Shown: one piece after another, positions 1 to 12,894 of the stretch
Layout: each line of letters opens with the position of its first letter
How positions within the stretch are numbered: the stretch's first letter is position 1
NCBI GenBank assembly: GCA_024679065.1
Contig: JAGIQG010000009.1
Coordinates: 102,734,001-102,798,000 of the forward strand
DNA from: Sphyrna mokarran
Lineage: Eukaryota
DNA length: 64,000 bases
Direction of reading: 5' to 3'
Program-made: the position numbers and the translations under genes
Notes under the pieces: model-generated
What the model saw: only the letters and a program-made list of their open reading frames with translations
Told to the model about the DNA's origin: nothing
Databases searched by the model: none

Positions 1-672
1 GCAGCCCTGAGATCGCCACCCTGGAGGCCCTGCTCTTCAGCCTACCCCCCAACTCCCTGAACTGCCTTCGTATATCCTCCCTGCACTTCCTTCCTACATC
101 CTTCTCTCCTACGTGAATAATCACATCCGCCTGGGTCCCCTCACCCTTCAAAATGCCCTCTACCCTGTCAGACACATCTTGCACCCCTGTTCCAGGGAGG
201 CAAACTACCATCCTGGAGTCCCGCCTTGGACCACAGAAGCGCCTATCTATTCCTTTAACCCTCCCAACCCCCACCACTATCTCCCTTCTAGCCCCTTTCC
301 TCCCCTTTGAGGTACTCTGGCCCTCCCGCCTTACCTTTTTTACACCTCCGCCCTCGATATTTTGGGGGGGGGCTGCCACCGGGGAAGTCTTTGGACTGTC
401 TCCCCTCTCTTTTTTCCGCTTCCTCACAGTAATCTACCTGTAAGGGTCAAGTTCCCCCCACTTAGGCTCTGGGTCCGCCACCTTACTCTGCCTCCCTTCC
501 ATGAATGCCTCCTTCTCCCGGACTAAAAATGCATCTTCCAATCGCCGTTCTAGTTGCTTGACCCGAACCCTCAGATGCTGCAGCTCCAAACACTTGACAC
601 ATACGTGGTCTTTTGGGAGAGGTCTTGCCTCCAGGAACTCCCACATATGACACTGTACACAGGTGAGGCATC
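1..672 (-). mobile_element. CR1 LINE ORF1 fragment (zinc finger/leucine zipper + SGNH esterase-like domain)
   Basis: Minus-strand reading gives CLTCVQCHMWEFL...HVCVKCLELQHLRVRVKQLERRL, then GIDRRFCGPRRDSRMVVCLPGTGVQDV...IIHVGEKDVGRK...RVAISGL, the CR1 ORF1 layout. Runs off the left edge. Confidence 0.85.
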
Positions 673-849
673 TAAAGGGGAAGTTTCATGGCATTTCTCT
701 ATTAATGCTTGTGACTTATGCCAAGTATAGTTTAAAAAAAGATCAAACAGGCCAGTCCAATAAACAAGGTGAGGTGGAGCGAGGGAGAAGAGATTTGACT
801 AATTGATTCGTAATTCCACCTGCCTTTCAAAGGGAATTAGATTATTTTT

Positions 850-1185
850 AAAAAATTCTTCATGGGGCATGGCCATCGCTGGCTGGCTAGCATTTATTGC
901 CCATCCTCGTTGCCCTTAGAGGGCATTTGAAAGTCAACCACACTGATTTGGCTCTGGAGTAACAGGTAGGTCAGACCAGATGAGAATGGAAGATTTTCTT
1001 CCCTAAAGGACATTAGTGAACCAAATGGGTTTTTCGATAATCAGCAATGCTTTCATGATCGTCAGTAATTCCAAATATTTTTATTGAATTCAAATTCCAC
1101 CATCTGCTGAGGCAGGATTTGAACGCAAGTTCCCAGGATATTAAGTGAGTTTTTGGCGAAAATATTACTGAGCCATTGCCTACCC
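850..1185 (-). mobile_element. tRNA-derived Deu-domain-type SINE (SacSINE1-like)
   Basis: Shares the cactaatgtcctttagggaag...cctacctg...ctccagagcc block with copies at about 52255-52585 (+), 54310-54620 (-), 58440-58745 (-) and 61730-62020 (+). Family name from recognition, not a search. Confidence 0.6.
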
Positions 1186-1255
1186 ATTAACCAAAGGGAG
1201 AGAATTTTCAGGGGTTATGGGTGGATGGCATTGGGCATTGCTCTGGCAGAGAGAA

Positions 1256-2397
1256 CCATTCCCTATGGACAAGCCCTCCATATACATAGAATTTGCTCAG
1301 ATGAGGAGGATCGTGACAGAAACCTCCAGACACTGAAGGATGCCCTCGTGAGAACAGGATATGGCGCTCGACTCATCGATCGACAGTTCCGATGTGCCAC
1401 AGCGATAAACCGCACTGACCTCCTCAGAAGACGAACACAGGACACGGTGGACAGAGTACCCTTTGTTGTCCAGTACTTCCCCGGAGCGGAGAAGCTACGA
1501 CATCTTCTCCGGAGTCTTCAACATGTCATTGATGACGATGAACATCTCGCTAGGGCCATCCCCACCCCCCCACTTCTTGCTTTCAGACAACCGCACAACC
1601 TCAAACAGATCATTGTTCGCAGCAAACTACCCAACCTTCAGGAGAACAGTGACCACAATACCACACAACCCTGCCACAGCAACATCTGCAAGACATGCCG
1701 GATCATAGACATGGACGACATCATCAAATGTGAGGATAACATTTACCAGGTACACGGTACATACTCTTGCAACTCGGCCAATGTTGTCTACCTAATATGT
1801 TGCAAGAAAGGATGTCCCGAAGCATGGTACATTGGGGAGACCATGCAGACACTACGACAGCGGATGAATGAGCATCGCTCAACAATCACCAGGCAAAACA
1901 GTTCCCTTCCTGTGGGCGAACACTTCAGCAGTCATGGGCATTCGGCCTCTGACCTGCGGGTAAATGTTCTTCAAGGGGGCCTTCGTGACACACGACAGCG
2001 CAGAGTTGCTGAGCAGAGACTGATAGCCAAGTTCCGCACACATGAGGACGGTCTTAATAGGGATCTTGGCTTCATGACACACTATCTGTAACCCCCGTAA
2101 CTTGCCTGGGTTAGCAAAAAACCTCACTTACTGTGCTGTCTGGAGAAAATACACAATTCTCTAACCAATGCTCAGGATTCCCTTCACACACATTGTTAGC
2201 CACTTTAACACTTGAATAGCAGGTTAGATGTAAGGATTCGCATTCTAATCAGCAATCTGTGACTGTCTGTGTTGATATGTGTGCTATTGCAGACCAGAAC
2301 ACTGCATTTGCCTGACGAAGACAGAGTGTCGAAAGCTCGCAAATTTACTATCAAATAAATCGGTTGGATTTAAAATTGGTGTTGCTAGATTCTTACT
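1256..2397 (+). mobile_element. Penelope-like retroelement, 5'-truncated (RT thumb + GIY-YIG endonuclease + pLTR/3' end)
   Basis: IPYGQALHIHRICS thumb motif, CxxC linker, VVYLICC...WYIGET...RQRMNEH...GLN GIY-YIG domain, open to the stop at 2091; followed by a hammerhead-bearing terminus. Confidence 0.92.
2306..2344 (+). ncRNA. Minimal type I hammerhead ribozyme (Penelope-associated, dimer type)
   Basis: ATTTGC-CTGACGA-A-GACA(GAG)TGTC-GAAA-GC-TC-GCAAAT: 6-bp stem I, complete CUGANGA and GAAA core, 4-bp stem II, palindromic AGCU in place of stem III, predicted cleavage after 2338. Confidence 0.8.
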
Positions 2398-2634
2398 GAG
2401 AGAACCAGCCCAGAGACGATGGGCGGAATGGCCTACTTCTGCGCTGTGACTATTCTGTGATGTAATTTTCTCTCTGACCTTCAGTTATTGATTTAATATA
2501 AAATATTGAAGGTCATCCTAATTCAATTCTGGTCAGCTTGTTTTTTAGTTCCAGCTCCGATGAAGGACCAGCATCCCGAAAGAAGACCATTCTGTACCTC
2601 TCCGCATTTCCAGTCCCTCCTGCTGAACTCTGTC

Positions 2635-3280
2635 TCCACCCCCGGCCCCGCCTCCGACCCCGCCCACTACTCCAACCTCGAGCGAAAATCATTGCTTAAA
2701 CTGCCAGCCCCGCCCCTCCATGCTGACGGATATCTGCCTGCACCAATCGGTTCGCCTGTCAGTCCCGCGCGATGACCCACCCTCTCTCTGTATCTCAGCC
2801 AATCGGTGACGCAGTTGCGACCGTTCGCCCGGCCCGTGACAAGACTCTCCTGTGACTGACGGCCCTGCCGACCTATCAGATATCATGACGGGCTGTCACT
2901 CCCGCGCGACATCCCGTCCACTCTCTGCATGTCAGCCAATCCGGCGGCGCACACCCGCCGTGTCCTTCTGATCTGTTCTTCTGCCCCGCCCCCTCATTGT
3001 AACTGACACCCCTGTTCGCCTATCAGATACCTCGATCGTCTGTCGGTCCGCTCACGCCCGGCCAATCCGGCGGCGCAACCGTGTGCCATCTTCCTCACGC
3101 TCTGTCCCTCTGATCCAGCTCACACGTCACGCCCTCGTCTTGATTGACGACTTTTTTAGCCTATCAGCTATCGACATGGACTGGGCGGTATCCCGCTGAT
3201 GAGCCACGCGTTCCATTTCTCTGATTCGCTCCCAGTTCGTGCCTGTCGCCCTGACTCTGAAAGCTGTGTTTGCAGAGGCA
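2635..3280. promoter_or_regulatory. CpG island with reiterated CCAAT and GC boxes (about 135-bp unit x4)
   Basis: CpG-dense in a CpG-depleted background; CCAAT at 2743, 2799, 2936, 3062; CCTATCAG at 2872, 3019, 3160; several CCCGCC boxes. Confidence 0.65.
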
Positions 3281-3817
3281 GCGCTTGCCTTTGATGACCT
3301 AGTTTTGGACAATTCCTCCAGAAATTTGAGAATAAATTAATTGCTCAGGGATCTGCTGAAGCAGCATAGCGTAGGAGCCGTTACAGTGTATCTTCCCTAA
3401 AGAGGTGCTAAAACAAATACTACGGACAATCTGCCTGAGTTTTACCGAAGGATCCTGGAACAAACTCAAAATGAAAAAGCATTGCTTTATTTTGTCATGT
3501 GACCTATCTATTTTTATATATTTAAATATGAAAGATTCAATGATACGTGAGAGTGGTTCCTTTATTGTACACAGTGATTGAAAGTTGAATGCTATAACCT
3601 TCAAGGCAGCTGTAGATATGAGCGATTTTCCTAATGCCGCCCTTATCCTGATGGCCACGTGTGCGGCTACATCAAGTTGTGCGTAGATCCTCGGTACACA
3701 AACAGCAAGTGCCACTACTTTTTGATGTTCTACTTGTCTCAAGTGTTGCGAAGGATAGGTCTGGCCACACTGCCACAACGCTCCAGGTAGTTGCATTTTA
3801 CCGCTGCACTGTCCTTC

Positions 3818-4725
3818 ATGGGGACATTTTCCACAAACACGTGGTGATTAAGCAGTGGTCAGTGCTTAACGTCCTTGGGGCCCTGAGAGAAAAGGAGATG
3901 GTGGATCCTGTCAGACGGTTCCCTGAGCAGACTGTCAGTGTCATCTGGCAGAATGCCTCATCACCAGAACTCACAAACTGGCACCAAGACCTGGCTTGGC
4001 TGGTGGTGAGAAGGGCACTCCCCATCAAATCCTTTATATACACTCAAGGTCTCAATATCACCGCACACTGCCTTTGAAGTGGCTGCAGGGGTGATGAGAT
4101 GGTTGAACACCTCAATGCAATGTGCCTTTGCAAAGAAGGTCTGGAGTGAGATATAATGGTATTTGTCGAAGTTCATCCTGAGCAGCTCGGTGACACAGAA
4201 CTCTGTGCTCTTTGGACTGTTTTTGGGGACTCATACTGAGACAAATATCAACTGCTGCTGGAAGATCATCAACTCGCTGAAGGAGACACTTTGGTCTGCC
4301 CGAAACTTGCTGTCTTCCAGTTGAAAGAACTGTTTTCGACCGAGTGTTGCAGACTGGCACATTCCAAGGTCCAGGATTACATACTGAGGGACACGTTCAA
4401 GCTTGGTGCAGCCACCATAAAGGGACAATGGGGAAAGGCCACAATGTAAAGCCTTTCAACTGAGGCAGACCGAGGGCCCAGGAATGCAGAATACCCTCGG
4501 GCTGCATAACTGTGTGTCAATCTGAAAAATAACAGCACACAATAAAATCTGCGGCATGTATATATTTTTAAGTTTTGAAATGTAATGACTGTAATTTTGT
4601 ATAAATAGGATTGTGTAGGACTGTAAAAATGACTTTTTCTTCACTGTTTGAAATTTTTAGATATGTCGATTTGCAATGGTTTAATTGGGATTTTTTATGA
4701 ATAAAATATTTTTTTAATTTCAAAA
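3818..4725 (+). mobile_element. Tx1/L1-clade LINE 3' fragment
   Basis: IWQNASSPELTNWHQDLAWLVVRRALPIKSF followed by a degenerate C-terminal zinc-binding region (E..EH...CAFAKKVW) and an AT-rich tail with AATAAA. Confidence 0.75.
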
Positions 4726-5489
4726 ATACATCTGATCTCAACACTATACACAGTTAACAGTCAAATGTATCTCTCAAGGCAGTTGTAGTTAATAGAGAAT
4801 ATCACTTACCTCCCTCTGAAATGTACCTTTTTAAAGCAGGTCTGGCTGAAAAGAAATATAGTGAGATTCAGGAGATCCATGGCAGGGTTATTTTTATGAG
4901 CCTAGAGAGGATGTACTTTGTCACTGTTACATCAGTGCAACTATTTAACCTTGAACTTCGTGAGTTACATGCAAAGATTGACATGAAATGTATATTCTAA
5001 ATGTAACCTGTATTGGGAAGTGTACTGAGCAAACTTGGGCACTGTATTGAAAGAAACTGATCTGTATTACACTTGATTGAGATTGCTTTCAACAATTTTG
5101 TGAATAATTTTTTTTAGTTAAGTAACTTCATCAAATGTTGTATGTTAACCTCAGGTCTATCAGTTAGAGTAGGATTTCCCAAAATTTTCCTGCTACAGAA
5201 CCCTTTCGAGCGTGCAAGCATAATGACACAATTTTTGGGAAACATTTTCATTATGTTGAAGAGTTAAACCAAAAAAAAATTGTTTTTGCATATTGATTAC
5301 AAACATACAAAAACACGTTGATATAAGTCTTTTCTTACAGTATACATTTATTTATTTGCCTTAATCAACAAAGCATTTAAGCTTTAACTAACTTCTGTAA
5401 TTTTTAATGGGAGGCGTAATGCTGCTGCTTTAGCTCAAGAATTTGTTTAGTAATAGGAATACTACTGGAAAGCTGGATTCACATACAAG

Positions 5490-5521
<32 letters not shown>
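5490..5521 (+). repeat. (TG)n microsatellite
   Basis: About 16 TG units; produces the spurious CVCVCV ORFs. Confidence 0.95.
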
Positions 5522-5524
<3 letters not shown>

Positions 5525-5557
5525 CACACAGATGCCCATACATGTGCACTTACCCAC

Positions 5558-5820
5558 AGTGGCACAGCAGTTAGCACTGCTACCTCAACTGGCTTGGATC
5601 ACGGTATGTGTGAAATCTTCATGTTTTTCTGTGTCTATGTGGGTTTTCTTTGGGTGCTCTGGCTTTCTCCCACAGTCCAAATCACATGCTGATTAGATAC
5701 ATTAGCTTTGCTAAATTCTCCCTCAATGTATCTGAACAGGTGCTGGAGTGTGGCAACTAGGGGATTTTTCATATTGCAGTTAATGCAAGACTATTTGTCA
5801 CACTAATAAACTTTAAACTT
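5558..5820 (+). mobile_element. tRNA-derived V-domain SINE
   Basis: ggcacag..gttagcactgct head, gggtttt..gggtgctctggctttctcccacagtccaaa V domain, tail ending cactaataaacttt. Similar copies at about 9232, 20510 (-), 22030, 25260, 36691, 51075 and 53290. Confidence 0.8.
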
Positions 5821-6689
5821 GAACACACTCACTCTCACCTGTTTTCCTCTCACACACAATCACACTCTCACCTATCTCTCATTTCTCCTGAGCTGGTGGT
5901 TCTGTCAAAGACTGGCACGTTTGAACCACAAGAGTTAATGTTATTTGTAATGTTATGTAACTAAATGAAGAATCAATGTTTCAAGTCAAGGTATGATTCA
6001 ATTCATAAAGGTGCAGCCTTGGTTGAATAAACCCAGCTGTTTCTCCAATCTATTCAACCTTAAGTTCCTCAGCTTTGGAACCATTCTTAATCTTTTACGC
6101 ACCTTCTCTGAATCATTAGCATGACTGGCATGCTTCTGTCTGTGAGAAGATGACCATGCAACAAATCCATTGGAATTGAGGTGAGTGAAACTGGGAAGAT
6201 GCTATGCAACCATTCCCATATCAAAATTCAAGAATCTAACAACTTCTGGGAAGACCGAGCATGCGTACACAAAGGGAAGAATTTTTGATATGCTGTGACA
6301 ATATTGTGCTTTGAAGAAATGTTTTTAATTGTGGTTCTCTGTAGAATGTTTTAGCAGTTCTTGGGATTTTATTAGAGCTGTGTTGTCTGCAGCTGGTGTC
6401 CTTTAATGTTACTGAAGCAATATAATTGACATGTTTGTGTTAAACTGAACTAATGCAGTGTTCTGTGGTGGTGCTACACTCTCAATGGAAGGTAACACAA
6501 TGCAACCGCAATTGCTATATGTATTTCCAGTCCACTGAATATATACTCTTATGCTGATAAAATTAATGCCCAACACTGAATCCTTGTTGATAAGAAAAGT
6601 GGAAAATCTTGTCTCCTCAAAAAGACCCAAAGTTGGTCTATGGTCCTTTACAATGGCCAACTGCCTTCAATACACAAACAGGTGGAACT

Positions 6690-8260
6690 TTACTCCATAC
6701 AGCGAACCCTTCTTTTTCAAATTGAGAATAGCTTTTGGGTGGAATCTGGACACATATAGGTTTTTAGAACCATCATCCATTTTATGAGATAGGTTTGCAT
6801 TTATACCATAAGAAGAGGTGTTATAAGTTAACACTGATTCTCTGGGTGGTGGAAGTAGACAAATGTAATAGCTGTTTTATATTGTTTCTGAGATGTACTT
6901 CTTCTTTAATATAGGTCTGTGTTATCAGTGTCAACAAATTCAGCAGAAAACAGCCATAATAATGCACCATTTCTAAGAAAGACTTAAGCTTTGACATGCT
7001 TTTGAAGGCCAGTGCCACTTTTTATTACTCTAACCCTATCTTCCATGGCATGCAACTCTTGTCCATCTACCTAGTAACTCACTTCATTGACCTGCAAAGT
7101 ATATCTCTCTTTCTTATGGCAAACTCTGGCCTCTTGAAATCTTCTTCTATCTTCCAGGTTAGCTAGGTGCTTGCCTTCTGTTGAATCCATTATCAAGATG
7201 TCATCTAGGTATTACATGTAGAAATCTTGCAACAAACCTTCCATCATTCTCTGGAATATGGCACAAGCTGATGACACTCCAAGGCGAAGTTAGATAAATT
7301 GAAACAAACGTGTGTGTTAATTGTACAGAACTTCAGGAAGCATCATCCAGCTCTAACAGCTGATGAGAAAGCTTATGTTTACATTTTCATAAGATTGGCC
7401 TCTGGCCAGCTTTGAGTACAAATTTTTGGAATGGGATACTGGTCTAGCTTGGCAGCCAGGTTCATTATCAACTCACAACCTCACACGTGCGGACTGGTCA
7501 GATGATTCTTAGTTCTTCTAACCTTTTCAATTCTGTCTCTACCTTTTTCTAAGAAGGCATAGGTCTGGCCCTGAAAAACCATGGGGCTGTTTCTGGATCT
7601 GCATCAAGTTTTGCTTACAGGCCCTTAAGTTTCTCTAGCTCATCACAAACCACATCTTTGTACTTTTTTATTAATTCTAGCAGGCCTCCTTCTTTTATGA
7701 GAAATATTTCTGTCCAACTTGATTTCTTTGAGCCAGTCGAGACCCAGTAGACTTGGTTCTCAAACTGATACAGTAGTGGAAGGTGGGCAGATTGCTGCCG
7801 ATATCTCACTATTATAACTACTACCCATGATCTTGATAGCTTCTCCCATACAGGTTGCCAATTTTATCGATGTATTTCTTAAATCCAAAGACTGAACTCC
7901 GTCTCGCAAATACCTGTAAGAGTATTCCCCTAATATAGTAGCGTATGTTTCTACTTCCATGTCTATAGGTTTACCATTAACCAAAAGCACCGCAATGATG
8001 AGAGACGGGGGGGTGGGGAGAGCCACCTTACCCACTTTTGTGTTGTTTAGCGAATGAATACTCATCATTTGGAGTGAAATCTTCCACATTGTGCACTTGT
8101 GATGTTGTTCTATTATCCTTAGCACTGAGCAGGCTTGGGCTTGCTTTTATACCGGTGCTCCTTCCGGAATAGCATTCGGCTTCCTTAAACTTCCAAGTTT
8201 CTTGGAAGTGATTACCTTGCATCGGTAACACTCTCTGCTTCAAACTTTGGCGTTGCGATC
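6690..8260 (-). mobile_element. Degenerate Ty3/Gypsy LTR retrotransposon internal fragment (gag knuckle-protease-RT)
   Basis: Minus strand: CYRCKGNH zinc knuckle (about 8225), LLVNGKPIDMEVET protease remnant (about 7960), YLDDILI RT motif (about 7190-7212); many stops and frameshifts. Confidence 0.8.
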
Positions 8261-8830
8261 TGTCTCCTAAAGCTTCCTGCTACATTTGACGTTTGAAGCG
8301 AGCAAGCCAGAAGGCGGGTTTGAGTCCGCCTTGCCTGCTCAAGCACGTTGACGCTGTAGCTTTAAGGAAGATAAGTCCTACCCTTCTGTTGCTGTACTAT
8401 AATCGCTGAGTAGAAATGTCTACGGTAATCGAATTGGGAGAGGAAATGGGGAGTGGGAGGGGATTGCTCGGTTATTGCTTCACATTCCCGAATGAACCGG
8501 GAGAGGAGAAGGGCGAGGGGGAGGTTTGGAGATGGCAGCGGCTGTTATTTTGGATCAATTTCAAACCTCTCTCTCCGCTTTCACCGCCGCGAAGGTCTAT
8601 CCGGCCGAGATGTTTTACCTCATCCTCCTGCTGGGAATCAGCTTAATCCACACTGAAGGTAAAGAACTGAATTTGGAGAAAGTGTGTATGTTATTTTTAG
8701 TGACGGAGAGCGGTGGATTCCGGGCGGTGACCGTTGTTTTAACGAAAAAAGAAGGGTTTGAAAATGTGAACAAAATGGCGGTTGGCCGGCCGCCAACGGT
8801 TTTGTAGCGTGCCTTTCTTGTTTCATTTCT
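8250..8830 (+). promoter_or_regulatory. CpG-rich promoter region around leader exon 1
   Basis: Local CpG enrichment; YY1-type AAAATGGCGG at about 8772, just inside the intron. Confidence 0.55.
8610..8658 (+). CDS. Signal-peptide (leader) exon L1 of the IgSF receptor: MFYLILLLGISLIHTE-g
   Basis: gccgagATG Kozak context, hydrophobic 16-codon leader, phase-1 donor AAG|GTAAAG compatible with the V exon at 24701. Confidence 0.65.
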
Positions 8831-9504
8831 AAATCGTACTTCATACATACATCCGTGAAATCATTGGAGACGTTTTTTTTCCCCTGTGTGATGGCCCTTT
8901 TGCAATGATATTCAGGTCCTTTTAACATTCGTCAAGCGACCGTAAAATATAGAAGTAGTTTTAGGCCATTCTCCCCATCGAGTCTATTCTGATCATGGCT
9001 GCTAAGTTCCTTAACCTGCATTCTCCCCGTAACCTTTTATCCCATTGCCAATCAACAACCCTCTGTCTTAACTATAGGTAAAACTCCCGCCCACCTGACT
9101 AAAGGACAGGATGTCCCGAAAGCTTGAAGCGTTTGCTACAAATAAACCTCTTTGGAGTTTAAACTGGTGTGGTGGGACTTTGTGTTTTACCTCAGTCCAA
9201 CGCCAGCATCTCCATGCCTTTAACTGTAAGGGGCATGGCGGTTAGCGCTGCTGCCTTATAGCGCCAAGGATCTGGGTTTAATCCCGACCTTGGGTCATTG
9301 TTTGTGTGGGATCTGCACATTCTCCCCGTGTCTGTGTGGGTTTCCTCCCACTATCCAAAAGATGTACTGGTTAGGGTGCATTGACCATACTAAATTCTCC
9401 CCCAGTATACCTAAACAGGTGCCAGAGTGTGTCAACTAGGGGATTTTCACAGTAATTTTGTTGCAGTGTTAATATAAGCTGACATGTGACACTAATAAAT
9501 ATAC

Positions 9505-11090
9505 TTTTAAATCAAGGAACCATAAGATGTAGGAGCAAAATTAAGTCATTCGCTCTATTGAGTTTGCTCCACCATTCAGTCATGGCTGATATCTTTCTCA
9601 TCTCCATTCTCCTGCCTTTTTCCCCATAACTCCTGATTCCTCCTATTAATCAGGAACCTATTTATCTTTGTCTTAAAGACAATCAATGACCTGCCTCCAT
9701 AGCCTCCTGCAACAAAGAGTTCCATAAATTCACCACTCTCTGAACAAATAACAAAACAGCACGGGAAACAGGCCTTTTGGCCCAACGAGCCTGCGCCGCC
9801 ACCCCAATGTTCCCACCTCTACCCGCGATCCCTGTCCATGTTTATAGATCTATGGATTAAAAACCAACTTTACTTGGCAGTGCATTCCATACCCCCACCA
9901 CCCTCTGTGTGAAAAAACTCCCTATAGCATCCAAATTATACCTTACCCCTCTCACCCTAAGCCCGTGACCCCTCGTGCTATTCGAGTCCATCCTAGGAAA
10001 AAGCTTAACCCTGTTTACTCTATCTATACCCCTCATAATCTTGTACACCTCTATTAGATCTCCTCTAAGTCTACGTCTTTTTAAGGAAAACAGTCCCAAT
10101 TTGCCTAACCTCTCCTCGTAACTCAGACCTTCCATACCAGGCAGCATCCTGGTAAACCTCCTCTGCACTCTCTCCAGAGTCTCCACGTCCTTCCGGTAGT
10201 AGGGCGACCAGAACTGGAAGCAGTATTCCAAATGAGGTCTAACCAACGTTTTATACAACTGCAACATTAAAGGCCAGCTCTTGTACTCTATACCCCTTCC
10301 TATAAAGGCTAACATACTATATGCTTTCTTCACAACCTTCGCCACTTGCTCTGCCACCTTCAAGAGACTTGTTCACCTGCACCCCCAGGTCCCTCTGCGT
10401 TTCTATACTCTTAATAGGTCTACCCTTTATCATATACTTCCCCACTACATTCTTTCTCCCGAAATGCATCACCTCACATTTATCAAGATTGAATTCCATC
10501 TGCCATCTGTCTGCCCAAGCTACCAGTCTATCTATGTCCTGCTGCATCGCCTGACAGTGCTCCTCACTATCTGCAAGTCCAGCCATCTTTGTATCGTCTG
10601 CAGAAATTCCTTCTCATCTATGTTTTAAAGGATTGTCCCTTTTAACCTGAGGTTGTGCCCTAGTTCTAATTTTTTCTACTAGTGGAAACATCCTCTCCAT
10701 GTCCACTGTATCCAGGCCTTGCAGTATTCAGTAAGTTTCAATAAGATTCCCCCTCGTCCTTCTAATTCTGCGTACAGATCCAGAGTCCTCAACTGTTCCT
10801 CATATAAGCTGTCCATTCCATGGATGAACCTCCTCTGGACCATTTCCAAGGCCAGCATATCCTTTCTTAGATACAGGGCCCAAAACTGCTCATAGTACTC
10901 CAAAAGGGGTCTGACCAGAGCCTCATACAGCCTCAAAAGTCCATCCCTATTCTTGTATTCTAGCTCTCTCAACATGAATGCTAACATTGCATTTGCCTTC
11001 TGAATTGCTGATTGAACCTGTACCTTAACCTTCAGAGAAGACTCCTAAATCCCTTTGTGCTTCTGATTTCCTAAGCATTTTTCTATTTAG
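9505..11090 (-). mobile_element. Old CR1 3' fragment with a younger CR1 (about 9742-10603) nested inside
   Basis: Two overlapping sets of RT C-terminal ORFs (LVRPHLEYC...ERVQRRFTRM; WQMEFNLDKCEVMHFG); the young copy's tail interrupts the older element. Confidence 0.85.
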
Positions 11091-11096
11091 TCTACG

Positions 11097-11612
11097 TGTG
11101 CAGTTCTGGTCGCTTCACTATAGGAAGGATGTGGAAGCTATTGAAAGAGTGCAGAGGAGATTTACAAGGATGTTGCCTGGATTGGGAGGCATGCCTTATG
11201 AAGTTAGGTTGAGGGAGCTGGGACTCTTCTTCCTGGAGAGACAAAGGTTGAGAGGCTACCTGATAGAGGTTTATAAAATGTTAAGAGGAGTAGATAGGGT
11301 GGATTCTCAGAGGCTATTTCCCTGGGCTGAAATGGTCGCTACGAGAGGACACAGATTTAAGGTGCAGGGAAGCAAATACAGAGAAGATGTTAGGCGTTAA
11401 GTTTTTCACTCAGAGGGTGGTGCGTGAGTGGAATCGACTGCCGTTGGTGGTGGTAGAGGCAAACTCGCTGGGGTCTTTTAAAAGACTTCTGGATGAGTAT
11501 ATGGGATCTAATGGGATTGGGGGTTATAGATAGGTCTATGGCTTGGTAGGTATAGATGTGATCGGTGCAACTTATGGGCCAAAGGGCCTGTTTGTGCTGT
11601 AGTGTTCTATGC
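11097..11612 (+). mobile_element. CR1 LINE 3' fragment
   Basis: QFWSLHYRKDVEAIERVQRRFTRMLPG...TRGH, followed by the gggccaaagggcctgtttgtgctgt tail. Confidence 0.9.
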
Positions 11613-12894
11613 ATTCGATTTATTATTGATGCATGTATTAAGATACAGCAAAAAGTATTGTTTCTTGCAAGCTGTTACATACAACATACTGGTCATAGAG
11701 TACATAGGGGAGAAAGAAAGGAAAGGGTGCAGAATGTAGTGTTGCAGTTACGAATAAGCTGATCTTTCTCTTCAGTTCAATGTGTGATAGGATCATTCAA
11801 GTCTGATGACAGCAGGGAAGAAACAGTTCCCGAGTCGGTTATGTGTCTTCAGACTTCTGTATCTTTTCTTGACGGAAGGTGGAAGAGAGTATGTCCGGAG
11901 TGCATGGGGTCCTTGATTATACCAGTTGCTTCCCTGAGGCATTGGGAAGTGTATATATTAGCAGAAGTGCATATTGGCACGTAATCCTAGACTTTGGAAT
12001 GTATCAGTCTACAACATTTGGTTAAGGACAACTCCTGATGACTGTTTGCCTTGACTTTCAAGTTTAACTGATTTAAATTTTGACTTTTTTCTCCCAATTT
12101 TATTGTCATCTTCGTAGGTCCTTCTGCTGCTGCACCCCTTTAAGAATTGTAGCCTTTATATTGACAATTCATGTTCTTCCTTCCAAAATTAATCACCTCA
12201 AACTTTTCTGCATTTTATTTGCCACTAATCTGTCCCCTTGCTTATGCTTTTTTGAAGTTCTACACTGCCCTCTTCACAATTTACAATGCATCCAAATTTT
12301 GTATCATCTTTGAAATTGTTCTCTGCATACCAAGATCTAGTTCATGAATCATTTGAATTTAAATCAATGGTTATTGCATAGGAGCCAAGTGTTTGACTTC
12401 ATTTTTTCAAAAATAACTTAAGTGCAAAGACAACAAAATGTCTCTTTTGGATATTGGAAGAATAAGTTGCTTCAGGTGTCGATTTAGCTCAGTTGGCTAT
12501 CCAGCTGATTAGTGGTGCAGATTAATGCTGGCAGCATGGGTTTAATTTGCTTACTGGTTATTCATGAAGGCTTGCCTTTTCAACCTTGTCCTTCGTCTAA
12601 GGTATGGTGACTGTCACGTTAGATCATCACCAGTCACCTCTCCCCCTCAAAGGGGAGAGCAACTTATTGTCGTGTGGGACATTGGCGACTTTACATTTTT
12701 AAAAAATCCTTCCCTGAGTTTGCACATGCGCTTGAACTCCTGCCAACGCAAACATGGACTTGCAGTGTGAGTGCACACATGCGGAAATCCACCCTTGTAA
12801 ATAGTGATAGTTTATTCAATTGCCCAGGCAGTCACAGAATGGCAATAAATTAGAGGTTTTTTTATTAATTAATTAATTATTACTATTATTATTA

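Noticed and set aside
1153-1255. N-terminus of the 312-aa ORF as a real protein start
   Set aside because: Non-ATG start in unrelated repeat sequence; Penelope homology begins near 1256, so the element is truncated rather than a domesticated gene.
2555-2585. Additional hammerhead (CCGATGAAGG...CCGAAAG)
   Set aside because: Core U4 is mutated and no stem I or cleavage triplet could be paired; at best a decayed remnant.
5558-5620. tRNA genes at SINE heads
   Set aside because: Only degenerate A/B-box-like sequence followed by SINE body; no complete cloverleaf.
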